A stretch of 59,500 bases of DNA, the filler included. It is 4 parts of 4 records of this genome, joined end to end, with 100 filler letters (N's around TTAATTAATTAA, not from the genome) between each part and the next. Parts side by side here need not be neighbours in the genome. Positions count along the whole stretch, not along the records: positions 15,483 to 34,126 come from SRR31156797_1142; positions 34,227 to 53,339 come from SRR31156797_1147; 2 more parts are not named here. The stretch is one strand, 5' to 3'. Below are positions 30,726-41,413 of the stretch, one piece after another. The translations under genes were made by a program, and so were the position numbers. A model generated the notes under the pieces. That model saw only the letters and a list, made by a program, of their open reading frames with translations, was not told the origin of the DNA and ran no database searches. Every line of letters starts with the position of its first letter. Position 1 is the first letter of the stretch.

Positions 30726-31862
30726 TTAGTCTAAATAGTCTTTTAGTTTCTTACTTCTGCTTGGGTGGCGAAGCTTACGCAATGCCTTGGCTTCAATTTG
30801 TCTGATTCTTTCACGAGTAACTTCAAATTCACGACCAACTTCCTCTAATGTTCTGGCTCTTCCGTCATCAAGTCCAAATCTAAGGCGCAGAACTTTTTCC
30901 TCTCTGGGTGTAAGTGTATCCAGTACTTCTGTTAACTGTTCCTTAAGCATTGTAAATGCTGCAGCTTCAGATGGAGCAGGAGCATCATCATCAGGAATAA
31001 AGTCTCCCAAGTGGCTGTCCTCTTCTTCGCCAATAGGAGTCTCCAGCGATACTGGTTCTTGTGCAATTTTCATTATCTCACGAACTTTTTCTACAGATAC
31101 GCCCATTACTTCAGCGATTTCTTCTGGCTGAGGATCTCTGCCTAACTGCTGCAGAAGCTGACGTGATACTTTAATTAGTTTATTTATGGTTTCAACCATA
31201 TGTACAGGAATACGTATTGTTCTGGCTTGGTCAGCTATAGCTCTGGTGATAGCCTGTCTTATCCACCAAGTTGCATATGTGGAGAATTTATATCCTTTAC
31301 GATAATCGAATTTCTCAACAGCTTTAATTAAACCCAGATTACCCTCTTGGATTAAGTCCAGAAACTGCATACCGCGACCTACGTATCTTTTTGCTATTGA
31401 GACAACTAACCTAAGGTTAGCTTCTGCCAATTTCTTTTTAGCTGCTTCTTCACCATTTTCCATACGCTTAGCAAGGATTATTTCCTCTTCAGCTGTAAGA
31501 AGGGGCACTTTTCCGATTTCCTTTAAATACATTCTGACAGGGTCATCAACATTTATTGTCTCAGGAGCAGAGATATCCATCTCTTCAGCAACCATTCTAT
31601 CAGAAACACCGGCGCCAATATATTCGATTTTTAATTGGCTTAGTCTTTCATATATTCTATCAATTTCTTCGGTAATAAGCTCTATGCCGTCAAGTGCCAT
31701 AGCAATATCACTCTCGGTTAATTGACCCTGCTTTTTTCCGATGTCAATTAATATATCGATACGCTCATCTTTGCCTTTACCTGCAAACATCTTCTTAGTT
31801 ACTTTGATTTTCTTTGAAGATTCTTCATTATTGTTTGTATTCTGCTTTTTTTCGCTCATCAA
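30726..31862 (-). CDS. rpoD: Primary sigma factor SigA/RpoD
   Basis: [39 protein letters not shown]. Confidence 0.98.
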   Translation of the reverse strand: MMSEKKQNTNNNEESSKKIKVTKKMFAGKGKDERIDILIDIGKKQGQLTESDIAMALDGIELITEEIDRIYERLSQLKIEYIGAGVSDRMVAEEMDISAPETINVDDPVRMYLKEIGKVPLLTAEEEIILAKRMENGEEAAKKKLAEANLRLVVSIAKRYVGRGMQFLDLIQEGNLGLIKAVEKFDYRKGYKFSTYATWWIRQAITRAIADQARTIRIPVHMVETINKLIKVSRQLLQQLGRDPQPEEIAEVMGVSVEKVREIMKIAQEPVSLETPIGEEEDSHLGDFIPDDDAPAPSEAAAFTMLKEQLTEVLDTLTPREEKVLRLRFGLDDGRARTLEEVGREFEVTRERIRQIEAKALRKLRHPSRSKKLKDYLD

Positions 31863-33670
31863 ACCTCTCCTTTATAATTTGGATTTTTAATCTTTTTGTC
31901 TACTTGCTGCAGTTGATTAATATAATCAATTCTCTGTTTGTTGTCAATAACTTTGCTTTCAATTTTCATTATTAATTCTTGCCTTTTTTTTCTAAGTGCG
32001 GCTAATTCGATTGCAATAAGGCACTCATTTATTACTTTAATATTATCCGGTGAAGTTTCAATACTCTCAGCACCCAATTCCTTATAACACGCTGTATCAA
32101 CTAACGACATAAATCGTCCGATTGTTGTTTCCTTGCTGCCAAGTGCTAAAATCTGCTTAGAAATTTCTTTCCTTTCAGGACTGGTAAAATTATTGGAATC
32201 CATCTTGTTTTCTAAATATTTCCTTACCTTTACATCAACAATTGCTAACTCCAGAATTATTCTTTCTGCCCTGATAGCGGATTCGTAGTCGCTGTGACTA
32301 TGTACGTTCTCTCTATTAGTCTTATCTATCTCTTCATCAATATTATAACTCTTATAATCTGCTCTATACATCTTGTCAAGGGCTTTTTTTGCAATATTTG
32401 CTTCAGCTTCAATTGCAACTTTTGAGACACCTGTCAGATTGTGAAGAATATCAACATACATTGAAAACTCAATTGGTGAGTTAATTATTGCCAGAACATC
32501 TTTACAGCTTCTCTCCAAAAACTGTTTTCGCTCTTCCTGAATATCCAGATTATATTCCTTTTTAATGGTTAAAATCTTATAATCAAATATTGGTTTTGCT
32601 TCTTGTTTTCTATCCTCAAATCCTATTAATCCATGCTGTTTTATGTAATCATCCGGGTCGATTCCTACAGGCAACGTTATAACCTTTGGACTGATACCTG
32701 CACCGTACAGCACATCCAATGCTTTTTCTGTAGCTGCTTGTCCAGCTTTATCACCGTCGTAACATATATATACGTTATTTGTGTATCTTTTAATCAATTT
32801 TGCCTGATTTTGTGTAAATGCAGTACCTAATGATGCTACAACGTTCTCAACACCCCATTGATTTAGCGAAATCACATCCATATATCCTTCAACAATAATA
32901 ATGTCAGCTATACTCTTTTTTTTGTTTATTAAGTTAATACCATATAGATTATATCTCTTATTAAATACTGGAGTATCAGATGAGTTTAAATATTTTGGCT
33001 TTGAGTCGTCCAAGACTCTGCCGCCGAATGCAATAACTCTTCCTCGTTTATCTATAATAGGAAACATTAATCTATTTCTAAAAGTATCGTAATACTTTCC
33101 GTTTTTTTCATTAACCAGACTAATACTTTGTAATAAGGTATCATTTGCATCTTTGGATTTCAGATACTCACGGAGCATGTTCCAGTCATCAGGAGCGTAC
33201 CCTATACCAAATCTCTTCCTTATAGCAGGAGATATTTGTCTTTTAGCTAAGTATTCTTTTGCAGTGCTTCCAATTTCCTTGTCAAGATTAGCGTAAAACC
33301 ATCTGGCAGCTTCTGTCATCAGTGAATACATCTTTGTTTTCTCATCTGTAGATATAGCGGATTTACTGTTATTACTTTCAGGTATTTGGAGTCTGGCACG
33401 TTCTGCAAGAAGCACAACAGCCTCAACAAAATCTAGTCTCTCGATTTTTTTCACAAAATTAATAACATCACCGCCTGCGTGGCAGCCAAAACAGTGGAAA
33501 TACTGCTGAGAGGGATTGACAGAGAAACTAGGCGTTTTCTCACCATGAAATGGACACAGCCCCCAAAAGCTGTTGCCTTTCTTTTTCAGAGAGATATAAG
33601 ATGAAATTACATCAACTATATCATTCCTGTCTAATACCTCATCTATAAAATCTTGTCCAAAATAAGCCAA
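31859..33670 (-). CDS. dnaG: DNA primase
   Basis: CPFH..C..C zinc finger, KYLNS, EGYMD, DGD TOPRIM. Confidence 0.97.
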   Translation of the reverse strand: MAYFGQDFIDEVLDRNDIVDVISSYISLKKKGNSFWGLCPFHGEKTPSFSVNPSQQYFHCFGCHAGGDVINFVKKIERLDFVEAVVLLAERARLQIPESNNSKSAISTDEKTKMYSLMTEAARWFYANLDKEIGSTAKEYLAKRQISPAIRKRFGIGYAPDDWNMLREYLKSKDANDTLLQSISLVNEKNGKYYDTFRNRLMFPIIDKRGRVIAFGGRVLDDSKPKYLNSSDTPVFNKRYNLYGINLINKKKSIADIIIVEGYMDVISLNQWGVENVVASLGTAFTQNQAKLIKRYTNNVYICYDGDKAGQAATEKALDVLYGAGISPKVITLPVGIDPDDYIKQHGLIGFEDRKQEAKPIFDYKILTIKKEYNLDIQEERKQFLERSCKDVLAIINSPIEFSMYVDILHNLTGVSKVAIEAEANIAKKALDKMYRADYKSYNIDEEIDKTNRENVHSHSDYESAIRAERIILELAIVDVKVRKYLENKMDSNNFTSPERKEISKQILALGSKETTIGRFMSLVDTACYKELGAESIETSPDNIKVINECLIAIELAALRKKRQELIMKIESKVIDNKQRIDYINQLQQVDKKIKNPNYKGEV

Positions 33671-33948
33671 GTATTTTCACTCCTTTATATTGTGTATTCG
33701 ACTATTTCTATGATTACCCTTTTTATTTTTAAAATAATATAAAAGAGGGTATAATATATTTTATTAATGTATGTTTTTTATCTGAAAGTTGTACTATAAT
33801 AATAATGATAGTATTAAATGATTTTAGTTTTGGCTTTGTCAATATGATGACATTCGGTAATAATTAATCGTTAAATACTGATGCCTGTTATACCATAATG
33901 GTATAGCTGTTAGTGTGATTTTTTGTGGCAAAAAAACGATAAAAAGTA

Positions 33949-33978
33949 TTGACATTTTGGTTGTATATATGATACAAT
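33949..33978 (+). promoter_or_regulatory. Sigma70-type promoter of tRNA operon
   Basis: TTGACA-N18-TACAAT with TG extension. Confidence 0.65.
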
Positions 33979-34003
33979 TTACCATGCTGTTGAATTAAGT
34001 CAT

Positions 34004-34080
34004 GCGTCTGTAGCTCAGCAGGATAGAGCAACGGCCTTCTAAGCCGTGGGCCAGGGGTTCGAATCCCTTCAGGCGCGCCA
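34004..34080 (+). tRNA. tRNA-Arg(TCT)
   Basis: Cloverleaf; anticodon arm ACGGC-CTTCTAA-GCCGT, GTTCGAATC, CCA end. Confidence 0.96.
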
Positions 34081-34097
34081 TAATTTATTATTTGCAT

Positions 34098-34126
34098 GGT
34101 GGGTATAGCTCAGTTGGTTAGAGCGC
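34098..34126 (+). tRNA. Partial tRNA, probably His (cut at contig end)
   Basis: GGTGGGTATAGCTCAGTTGGTTAGAGCGC acceptor plus D-arm; anticodon not visible. Confidence 0.65.
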
Positions 34127-34226
34127 NNNNNNNNNNNNNNNNNNNNNNNNNNNNNNNNNNNNNNNNNNNNTTAATTAATTAANNNNNNNNNNNNNNNNNN
34201 NNNNNNNNNNNNNNNNNNNNNNNNNN
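34127..34226. other. Artificial contig linker
   Basis: N44-TTAATTAATTAA-N44. Confidence 0.98.
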
Positions 34227-34374
34227 ATTCCATGTCCTTGAAGCCTCCATGTTCAATGTGTGGCGATTATTGATGGTTCAGCCAAAAGATCCGATATGCC
34301 ATTATTTAACCCTCTATATTCCCTGAAATTTACCTAAAATACCGTACCCATATGGATAGATACTGCATTAACTT

Positions 34375-36873
34375 CTATGCTGCGGCCTGCCGTTCCATAT
34401 CAAACAACGTCGGTATGCCAATTTCCATTTCAGCCGCTTGTAAATATCTAATGCCGTCCATAAAGGAATCAGGGTTGAGTTCTACCCCCCGTCCCTTACG
34501 CCCCAATTCTAATGCCCTTAACGGCACAGTCCCTAAGCCTGCGAATGGATCGAAAACCAAATCATCCGGATTGCTGTACCGGGTGATGATCCGGTCAACA
34601 ATATCAAACTGCAGGGGACAGATATGGAGCTGAACGTTTCGCCTTGACTGTTCGCTATTGAGGGTCCTCATACGGTTGACATTATGCCAAACGTCCGGAT
34701 GATGGGAGCCCGGCTGTAAAGACATGAAAGTAGCGGGGAGAGCACCCTTTGCATCCAACCTTTCACCTAATTTTACATGCAGGTCATAATCATAAAGGTT
34801 TTCAAGGCTGTATTTTTGAAAGACCCTGTAAAGGGTGTCTTGGGGATATCCCGCCATCTCATTACCATTCAGAAGCCTCTCCCCGCTCGATCGCCAAAAC
34901 GCATGAGCATCCGTCTGCCACCGGGCACGGGAAAATTCCTTTTTGGATTTCTTCACGGGGACATCGGCATAACCTTTCGTCCTGTCGGTCTGGGGTTTCC
35001 GCATGATAACGATATATTCGGGGCTTCCCACGCCCATCTTGGTGCCGTCCTTGCACTGCTCGGACCAACCAAGCCGGTACGTTTGATTGTTTTCACGGAC
35101 CACATCTGTGACGATGGTAATCATCCCCAGGTAGTCAAAACCGTGCTTCTGGTAGTGAAAGATGGTTTCCGCGTGAAAGGGGCTCACGGTTGGAACACCC
35201 TTCCCCGTGGTGTTGCCAAACCGGATCCGGTCTTTCACATGAACCGCGCAAATCCGACCGGGCTGAAGTATCCTCAGAAGCTCCGGTGTGAGAAAATCCA
35301 TTTGTTGCCAGAAATGATCATTGTTTTCCGTGTGGCCGAAGTCATTGTAGGAGGGCGTGTATTCGTAGTGGTTTGCAAATGGGATAGAGGTATGGATAAG
35401 ACCGACGCTGTTGTCTTTCATCAAAAGACATTCTTCAACACAATCATTGTTAGCGAGCATCCACCCATCTCCGGATGCTTCAACCCGTTCAACACCGATG
35501 GATCTCTTAAACTCTTTCGCCATTTCATCCTGAGATAAACCATATTTTTTGATGATCTCTGTCATTTTCCCCACCATTTCCTTATGTTGTTTCCACTTTT
35601 TTAACAGCACATCCAGTACAGCTGTTTCCGATTGCGCGTAAATAATGTGAACATGACATTCTTCGGTTTGCAGAAAGCGGAAGATACGGTGAATAGATTG
35701 AATAAAATCGTTAAACTTGAATCCGATCCCCAGGAAAATGGCCTTGTGGCAATGCCTTTGAAAATTACACCCGGACCCGGAAAGGATGGGCTTGGTGGCG
35801 AGGTACTGAATCTTTCCATCTGAGAAATCCATGACGTTTTGTTCACGGTTTTCCAGCTTTTGAGATCCGTAAACCTCAATCGCCGATGGAACTGCTTTCT
35901 TAATGGCATGGCGTTCCGCCTCCTGGTCATGCCATAACAGATAATTTGTTTCAGGATCTTCGGCCAATATTTCAACCATCTTTTCAACACGAGGTTGAAG
36001 ACTTTCCCGCTTCTCTTTCGCTGCATCTTTAAGCGATAAAGCCGCATTTGAGAACATACCTAATTGTCCGTCTCGGTCCACCGGTGGGGAGGTAAAACAC
36101 TGTACTTTGTGGTAATGGATATGCAGTTTCGGCATATCATACCCATCATCGGAATATCCAAGGTCCGACGGGTTTTGAAGGAAGATCGCCCATGATGACA
36201 CCCACAGCCAGAACTCTCTTTCTTTATGTGGGTATAGGGTTAGGTTGTTGGCTTTGGTCGAATCCCGTTTAAAAAATCGGGTGAGTGCCTGCCCGGTATC
36301 CATGATTCCCAGAAAACCGGCGTAATGGATCAGCTCTTTGTATTTATTGGGTGAAGGCGTAGCCGTTGCCACAAAACGGTATTTGACGTTTGAGAATAAT
36401 GTGAGAAAATTCTGATAGGTTTTTGAACCGAAAGACCGTAACACGCTGGCTTCATCCAGCGATACGGCATTGAATCGGTTTACGTCGAGACGGCCGTCTC
36501 TGACGCTCTCATAATTCGTAATATAGACCCCGGGCCCGGATAGCTCGCATGTTCGCCGGATAAACCGCGGAGGCTCTGGATACCCCATTTTTTCAGCATC
36601 AGCTTTAAATTCCTGACGGACCCCCAAGGGGCATATGATCAGCTGCCGGCCACCTTCACGATCTCCGATAATCCGCAATATCTCAAGCTGCTGGCACGTC
36701 TTTCCGAGCCCAAAGCTTTCAAACAGCGCCCTCCGACCGCCCTTGATCGCCCATTGGACACAATCCGGTTGATGTCGATCAAGGAATGGATTGATTTCTG
36801 CCCTATCAATATCGAACCCTGATTTGATCGCTAAAGCGGTTTTGGCCTTTAAAAACTCGTGGTATTTCTTCAT
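34375..36873 (-). CDS. SF2 helicase - N4/N6 DNA methyltransferase fusion (phage type)
   Basis: GLGKT, DEAS, TATP; TSIPF (motif IV), HICP, DPFAGLGT (motif I). Confidence 0.88.
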   Translation of the reverse strand: MKKYHEFLKAKTALAIKSGFDIDRAEINPFLDRHQPDCVQWAIKGGRRALFESFGLGKTCQQLEILRIIGDREGGRQLIICPLGVRQEFKADAEKMGYPEPPRFIRRTCELSGPGVYITNYESVRDGRLDVNRFNAVSLDEASVLRSFGSKTYQNFLTLFSNVKYRFVATATPSPNKYKELIHYAGFLGIMDTGQALTRFFKRDSTKANNLTLYPHKEREFWLWVSSWAIFLQNPSDLGYSDDGYDMPKLHIHYHKVQCFTSPPVDRDGQLGMFSNAALSLKDAAKEKRESLQPRVEKMVEILAEDPETNYLLWHDQEAERHAIKKAVPSAIEVYGSQKLENREQNVMDFSDGKIQYLATKPILSGSGCNFQRHCHKAIFLGIGFKFNDFIQSIHRIFRFLQTEECHVHIIYAQSETAVLDVLLKKWKQHKEMVGKMTEIIKKYGLSQDEMAKEFKRSIGVERVEASGDGWMLANNDCVEECLLMKDNSVGLIHTSIPFANHYEYTPSYNDFGHTENNDHFWQQMDFLTPELLRILQPGRICAVHVKDRIRFGNTTGKGVPTVSPFHAETIFHYQKHGFDYLGMITIVTDVVRENNQTYRLGWSEQCKDGTKMGVGSPEYIVIMRKPQTDRTKGYADVPVKKSKKEFSRARWQTDAHAFWRSSGERLLNGNEMAGYPQDTLYRVFQKYSLENLYDYDLHVKLGERLDAKGALPATFMSLQPGSHHPDVWHNVNRMRTLNSEQSRRNVQLHICPLQFDIVDRIITRYSNPDDLVFDPFAGLGTVPLRALELGRKGRGVELNPDSFMDGIRYLQAAEMEIGIPTLFDMERQAAA

Positions 36874-37125
36874 GTAAGATCATCCTCAGCAACCAAAAAA
36901 ACTTTTTCTTGGCAGGCCCTGGCTTTTACCCCAAGGCCCACCAAAAGCAGAAAAAAACCGCCTGCCCCGCTTACTCTTTCATGAAATCCCGCCTGATTAT
37001 CTGAGCAGGGCTTGGTTTGCTGGGGTCGGCGCCGGGTGACCCCGAGGCATCAGGCGGTTGACAACACTTTATGTCCAAAACTTTTCTTTAGAATCCAGAG
37101 GTTCGACGATCATAAGACTTTTTTA

Positions 37126-37341
37126 TTACCTCTGTTTTATTGATTTCCTGTCATCAAATTGAATACGATTAACCAAGCTCGGGGTAGCCATCACAGTATC
37201 GAGGGAAAGAAGGATGCAGCAGCGAATGACTTCACTTTTACTCTTGTCCATCTCAAACGCAGCACCTGAAAGCCATTCCGCCATATCATCGGATACCTTG
37301 AATGTGACTGACACATCCGTAGCCATGTTCTCAACTCCCAT
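37126..37341 (-). CDS. Ribbon-helix-helix (CopG-like) protein
   Basis: VTFKVSDDMAEWL...KSKSEVIR. Confidence 0.65.
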   Translation of the reverse strand: MGVENMATDVSVTFKVSDDMAEWLSGAAFEMDKSKSEVIRCCILLSLDTVMATPSLVNRIQFDDRKSIKQR

Positions 37342-37356
37342 GCTTAGAAAAGCCCC

Positions 37357-37854
37357 TTATCCCAATGCTGCAACCTTTTTAGATCTCTCCATTTCTCTCT
37401 GGGCCAGGCACAGCACTTCGTCCCACTCACGGCGCAGCTCATCTCCCTTAAGTATCAACTTGTGCCAATCCTCTTCGTCTATCCTTCCGTCTGCAAGAGA
37501 TTCCCGGAGGGTTACGTTCAGGTTGGCGGCTGCAATATGGATATCCCCCATTTCCTTTTCCCAATCGGGTTTTTCATTCGCTTTAGCATTAGCTTTCGGG
37601 TTTAATGCCCATCCATCCGGTTCGAGAAACCGTTTGACTCGGGGGTGTCCATTTGATGCGATAACGGATGCGTGTAGGAAGAACGTCGACATCCGGATTT
37701 TACCATCCAGATAGTCGTAAACTGTGCGCTTTCCATACCCAGTAATGTCAGCGATTCTGGAAACAACGCCATCGTCAATATCGCTGTCAAATAGGAGCGT
37801 ATTCTTTAATTCACGCGCGATTTCCTTATCGTTCATCCGCATCATCAGAACCAT
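37357..37854 (-). CDS. Phage regulatory protein, CII-like
   Basis: N-terminal HTH (IADITGYGKRTVYDYL), C-terminal LADGRIDEEDW. Confidence 0.6.
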   Translation of the reverse strand: MVLMMRMNDKEIARELKNTLLFDSDIDDGVVSRIADITGYGKRTVYDYLDGKIRMSTFFLHASVIASNGHPRVKRFLEPDGWALNPKANAKANEKPDWEKEMGDIHIAAANLNVTLRESLADGRIDEEDWHKLILKGDELRREWDEVLCLAQREMERSKKVAALG

Positions 37855-37904
37855 ATTTTGAGTAGTATTAACAATATGTTTTGCTTATATTCCCCTAAAA
37901 CAAA

Positions 37905-38126
37905 TCACGCCCAAGGGTTCTGAATCCCAAGGGCGTGACAAGCTGCTTTATTGTGATATTTGCCAGCCAACCATTTCGCAATTGCTGTATGTGATTGCGA
38001 AATGTGAGATGCAAATGAACTTTTTGACCCAAAATGGCGAAGTATCAGGGCTTCCATCACTGTTTTGACTGGCCAGCCGCTTTCACGTAGGTAATTGAAC
38101 ACGTTTTGATTTTCGTTTGTTTCCAT
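37905..38126 (-). CDS. Small HTH protein
   Basis: FGSKSSFASHISQSHTAIAKWLAG. Confidence 0.55.
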   Translation of the reverse strand: METNENQNVFNYLRESGWPVKTVMEALILRHFGSKSSFASHISQSHTAIAKWLAGKYHNKAACHALGIQNPWA

Positions 38127-38158
38127 TTGAAACCTGTGGTAATGTTCTCTAATTTGAG

Positions 38159-38392
38159 ATGATAGAAGGGAAAACCATGGATAAATACTCTCAAGTTGAT
38201 ACTGCGAATGCTATTACTCTGGTATCTTTGGTAAAATTCCTAATTAGCAAAAACGTCATAGATGAAGGTGAATTCATTGAGTTCATGGACAAACGGGCAA
38301 CCAAAGCAGCGAGTGAAAAAGAATATCCTGAATTGGCAAAATCCCTAAAATGGATTACGAATCACATTCAAGGATCTTCTCAGCCCACTTAA
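38159..38392 (+). CDS. Hypothetical protein
   Basis: ORF with SD-like AGGG before ATG. Confidence 0.5.
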   Translation: MIEGKTMDKYSQVDTANAITLVSLVKFLISKNVIDEGEFIEFMDKRATKAASEKEYPELAKSLKWITNHIQGSSQPT

Positions 38393-38485
38393 GTATCTTC
38401 TCTTTTTCTTGAGGGCTTCCAGCCGACCCTTGAATGAGACATCGGATGGCCCGGAGTTCTTTCAAAATTTCGGATAGCAATTTTT

Positions 38486-38713
38486 TCATGCAGCACGTTC
38501 CTTTTTCGGTAGATTGACCAGGTATTTATAGAGCCGTCGCAGAATATCCTGGTAAAACTCTGAATCCCTGTACCCGGTCAACGCCATACTGATGGCATTC
38601 CGAGGAATACCCAGCACAGGTGTAAAGACATCTGTGATCGCGCCCTTGTAATCAAGGTCGTGATCCACCATGAGCTTTTTGACTGTTTTCCGTAACGGTT
38701 CTTGTTGTGGCAT
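38486..38713 (-). CDS. Cro-like HTH protein
   Basis: LGIPRNAISMALTG; phage-typical ERAA C-terminus. Confidence 0.55.
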   Translation of the reverse strand: MPQQEPLRKTVKKLMVDHDLDYKGAITDVFTPVLGIPRNAISMALTGYRDSEFYQDILRRLYKYLVNLPKKERAA

Positions 38714-38721
38714 AATGATAT

Positions 38722-39099
38722 TTGGAGTTTTTTTCTATGACCTACGCTTTGGTTGTGATTGAGAGACCTGACCTTTCAAACCCCGATAATATAGAAGCAT
38801 GGAATGATCTCTTATCAATTCTTTCGTGTAATAAAGGATCGAAAGTAGACCACCCCAGCCTCGACGACCCCAGAATAATTGGCGAAGGTATATTCCAAAT
38901 GAATATACGTGACGACGCAGGCATCCTTGTAGGTATGCTATCCTTCGCTCAAGAAATTGGGCTTCCATATCGGCTGGCACTTCTCGACCGTAAGCCGGAC
39001 TGGATTTATCCTGAAAACGATCAAGTTGAGGCGATAAGAGAAATATTCGTAGATTGTTTACAAAAACATCGTAGAAATACTGCTTCCGGTCTTCTTTAG
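38722..39099 (+). CDS. Hypothetical protein (conflicts with antisense ORF 38735-39259)
   Basis: GGAG SD before ATG at 38737; globular composition. Confidence 0.45.
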   Translation: MEFFSMTYALVVIERPDLSNPDNIEAWNDLLSILSCNKGSKVDHPSLDDPRIIGEGIFQMNIRDDAGILVGMLSFAQEIGLPYRLALLDRKPDWIYPENDQVEAIREIFVDCLQKHRRNTASGLL

Positions 39100-39265
39100 T
39101 CCGAAGGTCTTTGAATCTGCGTCTATCGCGATAGTCGTAATAATTGTCGTGGGTGATTTTGTGCAGTTTCATTAAGTGCCCCAGGTTGTAAGCGCCGCGT
39201 AAGGTCGATAATCGACATAGGCATCCGATTTCATGGTTTTCATATAGAGCATTCCTCATTTGATG

Positions 39266-39323
39266 TTGAGGGGATATTACACGAAATGAAATTTACTGTC
39301 AAGGTGGTATTTCATTATGAAAT
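39266..39323 (-). promoter_or_regulatory. Leftward early promoter plus operator
   Basis: Minus strand TTGACA-N17-TAATAT; palindrome ATTTCA-TTA-TGAAAT at 39309-39323. Confidence 0.8.
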
Positions 39324-39850
39324 CTAGTCAAGAAGATATTATTCAGCGGATAATGAAGGCATATAGCGCTACCGATGACGAGATGATGTCCAAATGCATG
39401 GGGTGTACTAAATCATCGGTTTCAAATTATCGGCATGGGCGGCGGAAGATTCCTATTAACCTGATAATGAAAGTATCCGAAGAAACGGGTCATTCAACCG
39501 ACTGGCTTTTAACCGGTAATTCGCCAAAAGCAAACGACACCCCCGTTGCTCATCAAGTTGTAGACCATGAAACATATCAGCAAGACACTGAAAGTCTCCT
39601 GGAAATCTACAAACACGGGAACCCAAAGACAATCTCGGCCATTCACGCAAATTTGGAAGAATTTGTTGAGAAAGTTCGTTACGAGAAGAAAGTCGCAGAA
39701 CTGGAAGAAACCGTTGCAAGTCAAGGTGTTGCCATAGAAGCCTATGGGAAAGCCCAGGAATCCATGAAGGAAGAGTTGAAAGAACTGAAATCCCAACTGT
39801 CTACAATGATACACGAGGTCCCCAAGAAAACGGCCAACGGGGGTGCGTGA
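39317..39850 (+). CDS. CI-like phage repressor (XRE HTH)
   Basis: MGCTKSSVSNYRHGRRKIP...STDWLLTG; coiled-coil C-terminus, no S24 peptidase. Confidence 0.8.
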   Translation: MKSSQEDIIQRIMKAYSATDDEMMSKCMGCTKSSVSNYRHGRRKIPINLIMKVSEETGHSTDWLLTGNSPKANDTPVAHQVVDHETYQQDTESLLEIYKHGNPKTISAIHANLEEFVEKVRYEKKVAELEETVASQGVAIEAYGKAQESMKEELKELKSQLSTMIHEVPKKTANGGA

Positions 39851-39997
39851 TTTACAAAGTGGTTGTAATGAACCATTATCCGGCTCTTTTGAAAGACAGT
39901 ATCTTCAGGAGATTTCGCTCGTATGGCCGTTATAAACTGTGGGCAATTCATAGAGATGGGGCAGTTATCTTAATATTAAGGATGGTGAGGAAACCCA

Positions 39998-41281
39998 ATG
40001 GACGAACATATTCCGAGGTGGAAGGTTTTTAGAGTCGATCACATAGATTACAAAGATAGATTGTTTTTCACTAAGGATTATGACGAAAAGTTCAATTTAA
40101 TTGAAAATGAGGCGTGTGATGTTCAAGAGTTTCTGGAAAGCGATTTAAATTTTGCGAAAACGCTCTATCCAGAATTTGTATATGATTTAGGCTTTTGTAA
40201 ATCCTGGAGGGAGCTTTGGAAAAAGTCGATTGAAAGTGATTTTACCAAAGAGTCGATTGCGAACCACGGTGCAAAAAAAAGACATATGAAGAAGTCACTC
40301 AAAGGAACTTCAAAAGAAGCTTTTTTGGAAGGGCCTGCTGGTTGGGATAGAGACTTCACCGATAATTTCGCTATATGGCCTTATTGGGACGAATATCGTT
40401 TCGAAATAGGCCGTTATGAAACGATTAACGGGATTGCGAAACAAAAACTAATCGATGAAGGTGGGTATGATTGGAGGGGTTTTGCTGTTTTTGTCGCAAA
40501 AGATAAAGGTGTTTTTTATGTTAATTTCGAGGTTAAACAGGATTGGTCCAAAGAGAGAGAAAACGAATTTTTTAAATGGATTGAGTCTGATGACCCCGGA
40601 CCTGTTATATTCAACGATCTTCTTTACGCCAAAGACCTTACAGATGTCTACACTGGTAAAGGCAACGTTGGTCATTGCATCGGATTCAATGAAAATAAGA
40701 TCGATATGGATGTTTTTGTTGGTGCAGATTACAAGAATTCAGATTACTTAAACCCACACCGGTATGCAGTTTTTACTGTGGATCGCGAATGGACGGTATG
40801 CTACCGAGAGGTATGGAAAAAAAGAAAAGCTGAACAGGACCGTATAGTAAAAGAAGCAAAACTTAATTTCGCAAGAATGGTCCTCAAGGATCGTTCTAAC
40901 AATCTTTCCATGGAAGCTATTCTGGAAAAAATCAGTTCATCCGATTTGGTCAGCGAGGAAGCATTGGAACTCATTGCCAAAGCATATGACCCTGTAGGGA
41001 TGGTTTATAAAAACGCCTATCAAGATGAAATCAATCGAATACGAGGTGAAAGCCATTGGACTTTCGGAACATCAATTCAGACTATAGAAGATCCTGAAAC
41101 AGGGTTACTGCGATTGGCTACGGGAACCAAAGGTGCATCTTTTTTGCTTGGCGTGACCCAAAGCACTGTTCGTAATCGGTTCAACAAAGGGAAGCTTGCC
41201 GGGATAAAGAACGATTCGATTTGGATATGGCTTGACACCATTAAAGACTCGGAGGAATTTGCAAATGTCGAAAGATTATGA
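39998..41281 (+). CDS. Hypothetical protein with C-terminal HTH
   Basis: 427 aa; GASFLLGVTQSTVRNRFNKGKL. Confidence 0.65.
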   Translation: MDEHIPRWKVFRVDHIDYKDRLFFTKDYDEKFNLIENEACDVQEFLESDLNFAKTLYPEFVYDLGFCKSWRELWKKSIESDFTKESIANHGAKKRHMKKSLKGTSKEAFLEGPAGWDRDFTDNFAIWPYWDEYRFEIGRYETINGIAKQKLIDEGGYDWRGFAVFVAKDKGVFYVNFEVKQDWSKERENEFFKWIESDDPGPVIFNDLLYAKDLTDVYTGKGNVGHCIGFNENKIDMDVFVGADYKNSDYLNPHRYAVFTVDREWTVCYREVWKKRKAEQDRIVKEAKLNFARMVLKDRSNNLSMEAILEKISSSDLVSEEALELIAKAYDPVGMVYKNAYQDEINRIRGESHWTFGTSIQTIEDPETGLLRLATGTKGASFLLGVTQSTVRNRFNKGKLAGIKNDSIWIWLDTIKDSEEFANVERL

Positions 41282-41402
41282 TAAAGATAGTGAAAATAAT
41301 GATGATTTTATCTTTGAGCATAACCCGGAAGAAAGAAACACGATCATAGACACCTTGCCACCACCGACGGAACCACCGGGGCAGGAAACCAATGATGAAT
41401 AG
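41265..41402 (+). CDS. 45-aa acidic Pro-rich peptide (not in ORF track)
   Basis: GGAGG SD at 41251; MSKDYDKDSENNDDFIFEHNPEERNTIIDTLPPPTEPPGQETNDE*. Confidence 0.55.
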   Translation: MSKDYDKDSENNDDFIFEHNPEERNTIIDTLPPPTEPPGQETNDE

Positions 41403-41413
41403 GAGAAAAACCT

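Noticed and set aside
33888-34097. 69-aa ORF on the minus strand
   Set aside because: It is the antisense of tRNA-Arg and its promoter.
34004-34300. tRNAs next to the phage-like contig as an attachment site
   Set aside because: An artificial linker separates them; they are different contigs and apparently different organisms.
34777-35538. 253-aa antisense ORF and the other short ORFs nested in long genes
   Set aside because: Shadow ORFs opposite or out of frame to well-supported genes, with no motifs.
36871-36877. First 7 nt of spacer 1 (TTACATG) match the methylase start codon region on the minus strand
   Set aside because: A 7-mer is expected by chance in a 19-kb contig (another occurs at 34773) and the match does not extend.
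38735-39259. 174-aa ORF directly downstream of the leftward promoter as the cro gene
   Set aside because: No clear HTH or SD, and its distal two-thirds overlap a plausible + strand gene; it may be partly real but cannot be supported.
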